From assembly GCA_043228905.1 (NCBI GenBank), contig JBHGNT010000008.1, positions 11,036,001-11,100,000 on the forward strand: DNA of 64,000 nucleotides. Direction: 5' to 3'. Every line of letters begins with the position of its first letter. Position 1 is the stretch's first letter. A program made the position numbers and the translations under genes. Source of the stretch: Azolla caroliniana (Eukaryota; Plantae; Polypodiophyta). Below are positions 1 through 11,817 of the stretch, one piece after another. The notes under the pieces were generated by a model, which was not told where the DNA came from, ran no database searches, and saw nothing but the letters and a program-made list of their open reading frames with translations.

Positions 1-577
1 TCTCTTATTTCCTCTAATCTATTATTCTAATCATCTCCATAAGATAAAACTTTTGTAATCCCAATCTTGGGATTGATTGTAATCTTTCTTTCCCTTTTAT
101 TAATGAAATTTGTTAATCTTTCTCATTTCGGTTAATTCTTAGTACATAAATACACGAATTTGATATCCTCTAGACAAAGGCCCCGGGGTCTTGCCTCAAC
201 GTTCACGTATCCTCATTGTATTTTCGCGACAGCGTGAACGGCTAAATAGACCCTGCGTATATAAAGGCCAGAAAAACCTCTGATAGGGGTGTGTGTAATT
301 TTGGGAATGTAAAGAAACGCCCGATAATAGAATTCTATCTTCTCTGATTTCTTGTGTATAGCTACGGCTAATTCACTGTGTCTTAATTACCTAAGCGTGT
401 AAGTACATAAATGTAACCCGTGATAGGGATTTGGTTGTAGTCGTCTCCCTTATGCACTGATAGGTTATAGGGATTCTTCCCCTACGCAGTACGCTTAAAC
501 ACCTGTTCGTTGTTCCACACCCACTTTGAGGTCTAGGTCGAAGGACTGACCGCAGACCGTGTTCCTAATCTACAACA
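1..577 (+). mobile_element. LTR (3' part; start not identified) of the same family as element D, inserted into the family-B LTR
   Basis: About 232-577 is the near-identical reverse complement of 30149-30499 (5' LTR of D). TATA-like TATATAAAGG at about 258. Ends ...TAATCTACAACA at 577. Confidence 0.8.
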
Positions 578-3210
578 CCTCTTTCCACACGCGAAGAGCG
601 TAACAACTCGACAGCGTGCGTGGAGAACGAGGCGGGACCACGGGGGCCTTGGACTGAGAAATAACCGGATGAGAAGAGGGGAAGGAAATTACCAATGTAC
701 TCCGTACGCACACAGACACACAGATTCACAGGAGTTGCAACTAACTCCGAACAATGGAGACAGAATGAATGTATGTGTATATATAAATCAAGAGGATACA
801 ACCGGCAAGTCGGCGAGTGATAGGCTTCGACGCCTGCACACACGCACACAGAACGTGAGATGGAGACTCTGCCGAAAGCACTCGGGCGTTCCGCGGAGTA
901 GAGTCAGTCAGCCTCCCGAAAACCTGCATAGAACGACTATGGAGAAGATAGAAGAGAAGAGCTCGGTTCTAGTCCGGCAACACTTCATCCTCTACAAAAC
1001 GCAATCCCTTTTACAATACCTCTCCCTCCCTTTTATAGCCCAAGGAGGGAGACCGTGACCACCCGTTACATCATGTCTATTCCCTGTCTTTTCGGATAGG
1101 GATACGCCTCGATTTTCTCCCTAATGAATGCGTGCTACCTAGGATTTCACCTCAGCCGACTTGTACCTATCTACGTACTATAGAACAAAACTTGTGCCCA
1201 CGTGTAAGGGCCGGTTTACGCACGTTATACCCGGTTTCCGCCTAGGGACAGTTTTCTCCACGACATCCTCCCCCACCTAACTGCACATCCACCGGTATGC
1301 GCCAAAATTAGACTCTTGCCGGAGAAGACCGGCCCACACTTATCCTTCGTCCTCCGGATCGTCATCTGTTCTGAGCCGGTCGTTGTCGCCATCCAGCTCA
1401 TCCGGGTCCGGTTCTACCTCGTGCCGCTTTTTGAATGCTTTGATCCTCTTTCCCGTCACCGGCACCACCATCCTTGTCCCGTGGAGCTCCGCGAGATGGT
1501 AGGTCCCATTGTCGTTGGCGCTTGTCACCACATAAGGGCCGAACCACCTTCTTGCAAACTTCTGCATTGCCCTGTGCTGGTTGTCGAGGCTACTGTCATA
1601 CACTAGAACCCAGTCACCTTCCTTGATCTTCTTTGGTCTCAATCGGTGATTCTAGTCGAACCGTCCTTTGTTCCTTACCCTCGCCACCCGTAGCTTCTCC
1701 GCAACTCGATCCACATCCTCCGGTCTTCGCTCCAGCTGCCGAATCCGTGCCGCTAACAGCTCCTCCCGGCTCATCTCTTCTTTCTAGTCCACCGTGGCCC
1801 ATGAGGAGATTGTCTGCTCCGTTGGCATGATCGGATTTTGCCCATACATTAGCTCTGCCAGCATGAACCCGGTTACCGAATTGTGCGTAGTTTGGTCCGC
1901 CCACAACACATAGGGTAATAGCCGTGGCCAGTTTTCGACTTGGCCTCCACATGCCCGTACTAACGCTTTGATGATCGGCCCGTGTCCGAGTTCCACCTTC
2001 CTGTTAGCCTCCCGATTGTACGTTGTGGTGAGCGAGAGTTTAATCCTTAGCCGATCAAACATCTCTTCCGCCTCTTGCGCGTCCAATTCTCCGCGGTCGG
2101 CCACGATCTTACCTACGCACCCGTACCGGCATACCACTTCTTCAATCAGGAATCGGCACACGGACACAGTCGTTTTGTTCTGCAACGCTCGGCCTTCCAC
2201 CTGGTTTGTCAGGTCCTCCCGAACGAGCACCAGATACCGCATCTGCTCTACCCCCATCGGTATCGTCACCAAATCCACCATCCACTTAAAGTGGACGGTC
2301 GGAGGGTAGGTCGGGTGAATCTCATCCCGATATCGGACTATGGAGTGCACCTGACAGCCTTTGCAAGTCGTCACAAACCGATGCACGTCCCGCGGTGTCC
2401 GGCCCAGGGAATCTCGTGGTATGCTGTCAACAATTCTTCCTTTTCCTCTTTCTTCGCCACCACTCGGAGCGGGATGTCGTTTCTCTTCTTCGGGTGCTTC
2501 CATATGCTCCTATCCTGTAGGAAGAATCGGTACGCTTTCTTCCAAATCCGGTTGGTCTCTTCCTTTGTCCACGCCACGTCCGGTGTCATTGTCTTTAGGA
2601 ACCCGCCGATCTGGAGCCACTCCCCGTCGTACTTGCTCTCGTCGAATTCGTTAAGCGCCGGAGTGCTCCCCTTTCTTGTTGTTACGTAAGCCGCCTTGAA
2701 GAAGTCCACGCTGACTTCCTCGTCCTCGACATCGAACCTCGCTCTCGAAAGCATATCGGCCATGGCATTGTCCTTTCCAAAAATGTGTCTAATTTCCGGA
2801 TTCAGGGACTTGATGTACGCTATCCACATGAGCATTGCCAGGTCCGGCGTCGCACATCTGGAAACCATGCCGAGAATCGGCAGGCACTCCGTCTTGATTA
2901 TCACCTCCATCCCCATCAGGTAGTCTGTATCGGTCTTGACCGCCGAAACGATACCCCAGAGTTCACGTTTAACCTAGCCATATCCCCGCTGTCGCTCACT
3001 GAGAACTTTCGCGCCAAACCGGATGGGGAACCTTGCGCCATCGTCATCCTCTTGGTTGATCACCCATCCGATCCCGGTCGGACTCGTGTCTATGGTCACG
3101 TAAATCAGAGTATCTTTGCCGTAGACAGCCTTTCAGAGTGCTGGTATTGTGGCAAGTGCTTCTTTCATCTTCCGGACCGACTCCGTATGCTCGTCTCTCC
3201 ACTCGAATTG
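578..3210 (-). mobile_element. Ty3/gypsy family B copy 1, 3' remnant (RNase H, integrase, PPT, 3' LTR)
   Basis: Frameshifted ORFs 2371-2916, 1784-2503 (KWMVDLV, ADRGE) and 1340-1642 (GPY). PPT AGGTGGGGGAGGA at 1266-1278. LTR starts TGTCGTGG at 1265. Homologous to 30500-34580 and 60990-64000. Confidence 0.9.
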
Positions 3211-3212
3211 GC

Positions 3213-5412
3213 TTAAACCGGTGCATCGTAGTGTGGCTCCCCTGTTTGGTCGGGCTGGTTTCTCCCGGGGTCGCCGTTGCCGTGTGTGGGCGGTTCGGGT
3301 ATGGTGGACTCTTCTTGAACGAGTGGGTTGGGCTCCGCCGTTGTCGTGCTTGCAGTCGGCTGCGGCTCTACATCTATTGTTGCGTCCTCCGTAGTGTCGA
3401 CCGTTTTTGTACGTTCCGGGGAGTGGGGCGGAGATTCCGCCTGGCCCGCACCGTTCTTCGTGTGGTCTAATGATAGTGTGGGCTCGTGCGGATGAAACTC
3501 TTGTTGTACAGTGGTTTCGCTGTCTGGTCCTGTGGGGAACTCCGCTCGTCGGTCCTCGCTATTTTCCATCGTTGTCATTTCTGGTAAATGGGCCTGAGGT
3601 TCCTCTTCTTTGGCCGTGCCCGGAATTGGCATCGCGTTAGATTCCTATGTGTTGCCGGCTTGTGTGATCTGGTGAAATAGTTCCTCCTGGCTTTCACCAA
3701 AATCATCTAAGAGTTGCACGAGTTCTTCGGGGTGTTGGTCCGCTAGTGCACGATAGTCTTGCGCTAGGTCCTCCCGTACGGCCGCAATGCTCTCCTCATT
3801 TAGTTTATAGAAACCTCGACTGTCTGTTCGCCGGTTTTCCCAGTCCGCACGATACGCGTGCAATTCCGCTGCTTGGGTTGCCCACGCCATCCATCCTTTG
3901 TCCAACGTCATTTTCAATTGCGTTGTGAACCTCTCCCTATTTGTTTGGAGCAGGATACGCACGTTATCTGTGATGGTCTAGCAACGGTTGCGTGCATCTT
4001 CCATCGACTTCTGGAGATTTGAGATTTCTCGTTGTTTCACCGCTGCCGCTTCCTCGTACATGGCCTTCAGGCCCGCCCACAATAGGGATTCCTTTGCATG
4101 CTTTTCTTCTAATTTCCCCATTTCATTGTTTAGGCGGATTTCGAGCTGATGCCTTCTGTCTTGTTCGACCACCAACTGCTCGTCGAACCATACCTTCTTT
4201 TTCTCTAATAAGGCCCGAAGTCCCGCTATTGCTGCCTCCGATTTCTTCGCGTCCTCCCGTAATTGGGCGTTGTCGTCTTTTGTCTGGATGTGCTGAGCTA
4301 CCTCCATAGCGAGTTTCTCTTCAAGGGTTTTTACTGTTTTCCGGCCGTTAGCCCATATCTCCTTTTCTCTGTCTGAGGATTGGCGTAGTTCTGCTCGAAG
4401 GAGGTCAATTTTTGATTCCGCTAGTTGCACGACCCTTTTCTCTTTGGAGGCGATGGCGATCTGAGCCTCTATTTCTTCTTTTAGAGTGTCGATGGCGTGG
4501 TTCAAGGGCGGGGTTGCGTGTTGCGCCGTAGTCGCATGAGCTTCCAACTCCGTGACGCGTGCGTTGGCTTTTTGCAGTTCGACTTGGGTCAGTTTAACCT
4601 TCTTCCAGACATTCTTATTTTTTATGGCCATCTCCTTGGCGCCCATGCTGACCTTTGCCAGTTCCCGATGGACTTCGACTAGGGCTGTGTTTAATGGGGG
4701 TATCTCCATCCCCACTCGGCGTACCCCGGTGTTCCTCTGTCTGCCGACCTTGGCTAGCCGGTCCTCATCGTCACTCTCCATTGTTTGTGTTAGGGCGCGC
4801 TCGATCATCTAGTGTTCCGCATGCTCTTCGGCCATTCGTTGGGCGGCTTTTACCTGTTGCGTGGCCAAGAACTCCATGAGCTCAAAAGAAGTACCGAATT
4901 GCAAGAGGGCGCTGAACTCGTGGGTCGTATCCGGGATATCTGGATATGCCAAAACCTCGCTTTCCGTCGTCAATACGGCGTTCCCTCGTTGGGACTAGGT
5001 CGTAATGATTGGCCGTGGCTCCCGGATGATTTCGAAGGTGGTATTGGGTTCCGTAGCTGCGGAACCATCGCCTTCCGTCGGTGTTTTTGTCGTCGTGGGT
5101 GCGTTTCTGACCAGCCCCCGCCCATCTTTCCTGTCCAATCTATGTCGTTTTGGTCTGGGGCTCTCCTGCTGTGTTTTTGTGTCTGGCTCTAGGGCTGCTT
5201 CCATGGAACGTGTCGGTTGTTCCTCCTACGTTATCCGTGTGTCCGACTGGCTGGTAAGAGGTGATGTCCTTGGGTCTGGCTGGGCGGGTTGGGGTTCCTC
5301 TTCCCACTCTGGGGCCGATAACTCCGCTAACCTGCGCTTCGCGGATCGGGGCAGGGGCGTGGGTCGGCTGGGCTGTGGTGCCGGCAGGCCTCGGGGTAGA
5401 AATAGTACCGTA
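3213..5412 (-). pseudogene. ORF2 (coiled-coil accessory protein) of element D, C-terminal part, with stops
   Basis: ORFs 3978-4808, 3645-3962 and 3213-3632. WMAWATQAAEL...RAD.ENRR matches WTKWATNAAEL...RADVENRR in ORF2 of C. The N-terminal part lies at 14974-15658. Confidence 0.8.
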
Positions 5413-5831
5413 TGTTACCGGCCAGCAAGGAGTCCAAAATACGGAGTGAAGGAATTAATTAGATATGGTTGTAAATGAGCATAGTGTGGACGGACGGACT
5501 GGAAACGGTATGCCGTTCCAGATCCGGACGGATCCCGAATAGGTGCGAGAGGCACCGTTTTGTACTACGGGCCGGAAACCTATTTAAAGGCCCGGACCCT
5601 ATTGTAAGGACAGCGGATAATTAATACAGTTTATGATGTTTTCACTTCTGTCTTGATTTCCGTTCTGCAATCACTGTTATATCTTACGCGTGTAATTAAC
5701 CAAGCAATCTAATCGCATAACCTACGTAAGTTGGTGTAATCGTTGAATCTTAATCCTATGCCGTAATCACCCTTTGGTGAAGTGTCTCCGTGACACCTTG
5801 TGTTAGGCCTTGTCCGGCTAAGAGAATAACA
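5413..5831 (+). repeat. 5' LTR of element C
   Basis: TGTTACCGG...GAATAACA; direct repeat of 14555-14973; TATA-like TATTTAAAGG at 5581. Confidence 0.97.
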
Positions 5832-5837
5832 CAGTTT

Positions 5838-5848
5838 TGGCGACCACG
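5838..5848 (+). promoter_or_regulatory. Primer-binding site of C, probably tRNA-Arg(UCG)
   Basis: TGGCGACCAC(G) 6 nt after the LTR. Complementary to the recalled plant tRNA-Arg(UCG) 3' end ...GTGGTCGCCA. Same motif in H at 60014-60024 on the minus strand. Confidence 0.8.
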
Positions 5849-5882
5849 ATCCCTGCTTTCTCGCAGCGAACGACGGTAATGG

Positions 5883-8800
5883 ATGACTAGACCAACGCAC
5901 GACTTGGGTACAGACCGAGCTCGACGCCTCGCCGAACGGCAAAGACGGCGTGAGACTTTCCAGCAAGCAGCGCAGGAAATTCGCTCGGATCGTTCGTTCT
6001 CCAACGAGATCCGGAGAGTCGCGGAGGAATCTCTCCGGTTACGGCATACTCGCGACCAGGACGACGGAAGCAGTCTAAGTAGTCTCCGGGAAACCGAACG
6101 ACTCCTGGAGGCGCAGGCAAGCGCAGAAAACGAGGCAGAAGCCTTTTCAGCCTACGAATCGGATTCCGAAGGGGGATACAGCGTGCACACGAACTACCGG
6201 AGCAGCAACGATACCCCCGGCGGCCCGGAAGACGACGGGTCGGATACCGTGCCGACTCCAGAACCGGAACCGCTCAACCAGGACTATCCGGAACCACAAA
6301 CGGAAGCCGTCAACCCACTAACACCGGAAGTGGAAGAAGCAAAGCCACCAACACCAACGAAAGAGCCGGCAAAGGTACCGGAAGAAGAGCCGGAAAAAGA
6401 ACCGGAGGAAGGACCGGCAAAAGAACCGGAAGTGGAACCGGAGAAAGAACCGGAAAAATATCAACAAACGCCACTAAACCGCGGCTTAATACTGGACGAC
6501 GACATGCCGTTCCAATACTCAAAGTACCGCGATGATCCGGATGCGGAAGCGCATGTGGATGACTTCGAGCAGACATGGGAAGCAAATCACACGTCCCAGC
6601 GAATGACACCGGAGGAAGAAGAACGCTCGAAGATAGCGGAATTCGGAGTAACGTTAGAAGGACCAGCGACACGATGGCGGCGGTCGCAGGACCCGGCGAC
6701 CATCACAACATTTGCAGAATTAAAAGCAAAATTCTTGCATTTTTTCCACAAGGAGGTCGACCAGACGACAATGGTGGGCCTGTTTTATACGATCCGGCAG
6801 GAGGCAGGGGAAAGCATTCCCCAATTCGTCATCCGTTTTCAACGGATGCATAGCCAGCTTGCCCGTGCACCCCCGGAGGAGGAATTACGGACGATATTTT
6901 TAAATGCACTCCGGGAACCGTTACGCACGGTATGTACGGTGATCGATTTTCGAGGATGCACCATCGATCAGGTCATTGACCGGGTCAGAGAAATGGAAAA
7001 GACAAGCTCATGGCTTACGCTGGGAACACTGCAACGGGCGTTACCCACCGAGGAAGATCTCCGGTTCCGGCAGGCAATTCAATGCACAATCTGCTTGAAT
7101 GCCGGACACTCGGCAGTAGAGTGCACCATGCGCACTCAGTGTGTGATTTGTCAATCCAAGAGTCATACAACGGACCGGTGCGAGTATAACCTGTTAAACC
7201 GACAAGCACCACCCGTCCGACGGATCGAGCCAAGAAGTAGCCACGACGAAGAGGAAGATCGTTGGCAAAAAATGAACCGGTACCGACCGGCACAGGATGT
7301 CCGGTACGGAGACAGGCAAGAGAATGATGGCCGGTACGGGAATCGGCGTGATAACTACGACCGGTATGAGCGATCGGACCGTTATCGAGAGCCCAACAGG
7401 CGACACGAGCAATACGACAGAGACCATTCCCCTGGTTACCGAAGGCACCAGGAGGACTATGGCCGATTTTACGATCCACCACGACCGGACTACCGAAATA
7501 AAAATAAGAATAATAAGAAACGTAATTTCAAGAAAGGTGGTCACCCTAGGGACCCGGAAAATGGAACCCCAAGGAGCCAACCGGCACAGAACGCACCACT
7601 CGCTACGGGACCGACTCCGGCTACCAGCAATGCTGAATCCAGCAATACCCGTAAAGAGTACTGCTACTACTGCAGGCAGGAAGGCCACTACAGTAACCAG
7701 TGCCCGGTAAAGAGCTACGAGAAACGACCAGCAGTTAATATGGTGGTTCCGGAAGTGGCGGATTTACAGCAAGTAACCACACGGTCGAAAGGCATAGCGA
7801 AAGAGTGGGAAACACAAGAGGCCATACGAAAGCAGGCGACGGAATGGGTGAAGGAAGCCAATGAAAAGAACGTCGCGGACGCGGAACGGCAAAAGGCAAA
7901 TACCATAGGGAGTGCCGGCGGTAGCCACCCAGAAAACGAGACATGGCAAGCACTGCAAGAATGTCAGATCACGTTGCCGTTAGGAAGACTCTTGCAGCTC
8001 GTGCCGCGATTTACGGAAGGGCTAAAAACGGGCATGACAGACGGCATAGCCCCACCAGCACCAGTCCTCTTCTCGAACCCGGAGGAGGGACCGACGGTAG
8101 TGGACACTAGCAGTCCGGTGATTACAGCTATTGTCAAAGGGCACGAACTTCCCGGCACAGTAATCGATGGAGGTTCCGGGGTGAACGTAATAAGCCTCCG
8201 TACGTGTGATGCCTTGGGTATACATGAATGGGAGCCATGCCCGTTCTGGCTACGGATGGCGGATACGAGCTCGGTACGGCCGACGGGCTTAATACGGAAA
8301 TTGGAAGTCACCATAGGAGGTCACACATTTCACATCTCGGCTGTAGTGCTGCGGCTACACGCGCAAGGCGCGTACCCTCTGTTGCTGGGCAGACCATGGT
8401 TGAAAACAGCACACATCAAGCAAAATTGGCGAAAAAATATGATTACCTTCCGGCGCGGAAAAGCCAAGGTCCGGGTACCGACACAACCACGGGCGAGCAA
8501 CGGTAAGGAATGCACACCGCTGTATGCCGAATGTGTGAATATGCTTGAAGGATTGGCAGACGACGAAGAAGCCCAGTACTTGGAGGAACACCCGAAGATC
8601 GTACCACTCTTCGAGATTGACGTAGCTGAAGCCGTAGCCGCATACTTGCCGCAGCGGGACGACACCGAAGCCGAACCAGACAAAGATGCGATTCGGGAAT
8701 TACGGCAAGCACAGGAAGCGTTGGAACGGGAAATGGCCGTTTCCCAACGGGTAAAAACATCCCAGCTCGACGAAGTGAACCTAGGAAGCAAGGACGAATC

Positions 8801-11747
8801 AAACCCGGTTCACATCGCCAAAGAAATGAAGCCGGAAGATAAAGCGGCGATGATCAAACTTCTCACAGAGTTTCGACACGTATTCGCCTGGTCATACGAG
8901 GACATGCGAGGGCTGGACCCTCAATTATATCAGCATCAGATCCACTTAGGCAAGGACGCGAAACCAGTGGCGCAACGACGTTACCGAATGAACCCCAACT
9001 ACGCCGCCAAAGTGAAGGAGGAAATCGACAAACTCCTAAGAGTGGGCTTCATCCGGCCGGTAAAGAAAGCGACGTGGCTGAGCCCCATCGTCGTCGTCCC
9101 AAAGAAGAACGGTAAAATCCGTGTGTGTGTAGATTACAGGAAACTAAATGCCGCCACAATTACGGATGCATTCCCTCTTCCGTTCACGGACGGAGTACTG
9201 GATGCCGTCGCCGGTCATGAAGTTTATAGCTTTCTAGACGGGTTCAGCGGGTACAATCAAATTCGGATGCACCCGGACGACCAGGAGAAGACAGCGTTCG
9301 TCACCGAATGGGGGGTGTTTGTGGCCGAAGTCATGATGTTCGGCCTAAAAACGGCACCAGCAACTTTCCAGCGAATCATCATGGAGATCTTCGGCGAATA
9401 CATTCCTGCCTTCATGCAAGTTTTCCTGGATGATTTTGCAGTCTATAGCCGGGGAAAAGACCATTTGCAGCACCTACGGTTATGCCTTGAAAAGTGTAGG
9501 TTATACCGGCTAAGCTTAAACCCAGCAAAATGCATCTTTGGAGTTTCAAGTGGAATATTGCTGGGACACATTGTAAGTAAGGAGGGCATTGCGGTCGACC
9601 CGGACAAAGTAAACACCATACTAGGGGCACCGGCGCCGAAAACGGCCAAAGCACTAAGCCGATTCTTAGGACAGATCCGGTGGCACAGCCGGATGCTCCG
9701 TCACTTGGCTGACTTGGCTACACCATTACACACCGCGGTACATCGGACACCGTTCCAATGGACGGATACGGAGGATAAGGCATACAATGCCCTGAAGGTA
9801 CTTTTATCGCAAGCACCCGTCGTGCAGCCTCCGGATTGGAGCAAGGAATTTCACGTGTTCGTGGACGCATCCGACATCGCTATTGGCAGCGCCTTAATGC
9901 AGCTTACGGAGCCCAAATGGTACCGGCCGGTATATTACGCCAGCCGGAAGCTGTCCCAAGCGGAGAAGAACTATTCAACGACGGAACGGGAGGCCCTGGG
10001 CATGATCTACAGTGTAACAAAGTTTCGGCATTACCTATTGGGAAGGAAGTTCTCCTTTCATGTGGACCACTCGGCGCTCTTGTACTTAGTGTCCAAGGCG
10101 TCCCTGACCGGTAAGTTGGCCCGATGGACCTTGCTGTTGCAGGAGTTCGAATTCGAGATTTTCCACCGGCCCGGTATCCAGCATGCCGTAGCAGACTATC
10201 TAAGCCGATTAGAGTCCGGAGAACCAGGCGACGGAGTAGCGGATGAATTCCCGGACGCGGAGTTATTCTGTATCACCCCGGAAACGGCAGCGGACGACAC
10301 GGTGGCATCAGAAGATAAATGGCTGACAAACATGCACCAGTTCCTAAGCACGGGCCTGCCACCGGAAGAAATGAACCGGGATGAGAGGAAACGACTAGCG
10401 GTGCAGAGCCGCAATTTTTGTCTGTTACGGGACACTCTCTACCACAAAGGAGCAGATGGAATATGGCGACGGGCAGTCCGAAGTGACGAGAAAGAAGTAA
10501 TCTTACGGGAAGCACACTGTGGGGTTGCCGGAGGACACTATGCCGGGGAAGCGACGGCGAGGAAAGTATGGCAGAGCGGCTTGTGGTGGCCCACGACGTT
10601 AAAAGACGCCGTCATGTATGCTAAGGAATGTGACCTATGCCAACGAATGGGCCAGCCTACGGAGCAAGCACGGATGCCACACCAACCGGTACTTCCACTA
10701 GAGCCATTCCAAAAGTGGGGGTTGGATTTTGTCGGACCGTTCAAGCCACCGGCAATGAGAACGGGTAATCGTTATGTCATCGTGGCAACGGATTATTGCA
10801 CGAAATGGGTGGAAGCTAAGGCCCTGAGAGACAACACCGCGTCATCCACAGCAAAATTCCTGTACGAGAACATTTGGTGCCGATATGGATGTCCGATTGA
10901 ATTGATCAGCGACCAAGGAGGGCATTTCCTCGGCCAGGTAGTGGAAAGCTTAACAACGTTCTATGCCGTGGTCCATAAACGAAGCACACCGTACTACCCA
11001 CAGGCGAACGGGTTAGCAGAGTCCACCAACAAAACGCTGCAGAACATTCTCCGCAAAATTGTCAATGAAAACCGGACGGACTGGGACACAAAGCTCCATA
11101 GTGCGCTATGGGCGTACAGAACGGCATACAAAACGAGTATCCGGACAACGCCGTTCCGGTTAGCATTCGGCTTAGAAGCGGTCATGCCGGTCGAGTTTCA
11201 GGTACCAAGCTTACGGATCCAACTACGAGAACGGCTGAATGAAAAGAAGTCGGAGGAAATACGGCTAGCAGCACTATGCGAACTGGAGGAGCAACGGCTG
11301 GCCAGCATCCTCCACATGGAACTGGAGCAACGACGACGGAAAGCGTTCGTTGACCGTCACCGGAAAGGTAACGAAAAGATGTTCGAAATCGGGAAGCCGG
11401 TTCTAGTATTCCAAACGAGGATGGGCAAAATGCCGGGTAAACTCCGGTTCAGATGGACAGGTCCGTATTGGCTGACAAGGGAATACAACGGGTCCTATCA
11501 GATAGGGACACTTGCCGGGGAAGTACTAGGCAAGTGGGTGAATGGATTTCGACTAAAGCCCTATAAAGGACCGATGCCAAAGAACCCGTTTATGCAGCTC
11601 ACCGGCACTACACCAGGAACCTGTCCGGGATCGGTACGGATCGATCCGGAAGAAAAAGACGACGGGGAACCCGTAGTAGAGACGAAGGAAGACACGGCAA
11701 CCCGTAAGGAAAACGGTCAGGGTCCGAAGGGACCTACGGATGTGTAA
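5883..11747 (+). CDS. Gag-Pol polyprotein (capsid, three CCHC knuckles, protease, RT, RNase H, integrase), 1954 aa
   Basis: Knuckles CTICLNAGHSAVEC, CVICQSKSHTTDRC, CYYCRQEGHYSNQC; protease VIDGGSG; RT FLDGFSGYNQI and FLDD; RH VDASD...EREA...DH; [27 protein letters not shown]. No chromodomain or second RNase H seen. Confidence 0.97.
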   Translation: MTRPTHDLGTDRARRLAERQRRRETFQQAAQEIRSDRSFSNEIRRVAEESLRLRHTRDQDDGSSLSSLRETERLLEAQASAENEAEAFSAYESDSEGGYSVHTNYRSSNDTPGGPEDDGSDTVPTPEPEPLNQDYPEPQTEAVNPLTPEVEEAKPPTPTKEPAKVPEEEPEKEPEEGPAKEPEVEPEKEPEKYQQTPLNRGLILDDDMPFQYSKYRDDPDAEAHVDDFEQTWEANHTSQRMTPEEEERSKIAEFGVTLEGPATRWRRSQDPATITTFAELKAKFLHFFHKEVDQTTMVGLFYTIRQEAGESIPQFVIRFQRMHSQLARAPPEEELRTIFLNALREPLRTVCTVIDFRGCTIDQVIDRVREMEKTSSWLTLGTLQRALPTEEDLRFRQAIQCTICLNAGHSAVECTMRTQCVICQSKSHTTDRCEYNLLNRQAPPVRRIEPRSSHDEEEDRWQKMNRYRPAQDVRYGDRQENDGRYGNRRDNYDRYERSDRYREPNRRHEQYDRDHSPGYRRHQEDYGRFYDPPRPDYRNKNKNNKKRNFKKGGHPRDPENGTPRSQPAQNAPLATGPTPATSNAESSNTRKEYCYYCRQEGHYSNQCPVKSYEKRPAVNMVVPEVADLQQVTTRSKGIAKEWETQEAIRKQATEWVKEANEKNVADAERQKANTIGSAGGSHPENETWQALQECQITLPLGRLLQLVPRFTEGLKTGMTDGIAPPAPVLFSNPEEGPTVVDTSSPVITAIVKGHELPGTVIDGGSGVNVISLRTCDALGIHEWEPCPFWLRMADTSSVRPTGLIRKLEVTIGGHTFHISAVVLRLHAQGAYPLLLGRPWLKTAHIKQNWRKNMITFRRGKAKVRVPTQPRASNGKECTPLYAECVNMLEGLADDEEAQYLEEHPKIVPLFEIDVAEAVAAYLPQRDDTEAEPDKDAIRELRQAQEALEREMAVSQRVKTSQLDEVNLGSKDESNPVHIAKEMKPEDKAAMIKLLTEFRHVFAWSYEDMRGLDPQLYQHQIHLGKDAKPVAQRRYRMNPNYAAKVKEEIDKLLRVGFIRPVKKATWLSPIVVVPKKNGKIRVCVDYRKLNAATITDAFPLPFTDGVLDAVAGHEVYSFLDGFSGYNQIRMHPDDQEKTAFVTEWGVFVAEVMMFGLKTAPATFQRIIMEIFGEYIPAFMQVFLDDFAVYSRGKDHLQHLRLCLEKCRLYRLSLNPAKCIFGVSSGILLGHIVSKEGIAVDPDKVNTILGAPAPKTAKALSRFLGQIRWHSRMLRHLADLATPLHTAVHRTPFQWTDTEDKAYNALKVLLSQAPVVQPPDWSKEFHVFVDASDIAIGSALMQLTEPKWYRPVYYASRKLSQAEKNYSTTEREALGMIYSVTKFRHYLLGRKFSFHVDHSALLYLVSKASLTGKLARWTLLLQEFEFEIFHRPGIQHAVADYLSRLESGEPGDGVADEFPDAELFCITPETAADDTVASEDKWLTNMHQFLSTGLPPEEMNRDERKRLAVQSRNFCLLRDTLYHKGADGIWRRAVRSDEKEVILREAHCGVAGGHYAGEATARKVWQSGLWWPTTLKDAVMYAKECDLCQRMGQPTEQARMPHQPVLPLEPFQKWGLDFVGPFKPPAMRTGNRYVIVATDYCTKWVEAKALRDNTASSTAKFLYENIWCRYGCPIELISDQGGHFLGQVVESLTTFYAVVHKRSTPYYPQANGLAESTNKTLQNILRKIVNENRTDWDTKLHSALWAYRTAYKTSIRTTPFRLAFGLEAVMPVEFQVPSLRIQLRERLNEKKSEEIRLAALCELEEQRLASILHMELEQRRRKAFVDRHRKGNEKMFEIGKPVLVFQTRMGKMPGKLRFRWTGPYWLTREYNGSYQIGTLAGEVLGKWVNGFRLKPYKGPMPKNPFMQLTGTTPGTCPGSVRIDPEEKDDGEPVVETKEDTATRKENGQGPKGPTDV

Positions 11748-11764
11748 GGTCACACACCGTCATT

Positions 11765-11790
11765 AAAAAAAAAAAAAAAAAAAAAAAAAA
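11765..11790 (+). repeat. A26 tract between the pol stop and ORF2
   Basis: Seen directly. Equivalent tracts in D (15731-15757) and H (about 54893-54928). Confidence 0.9.
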
Positions 11791-11817
11791 TCATTAAAAA
11801 TCGAGGTATGAACGGGT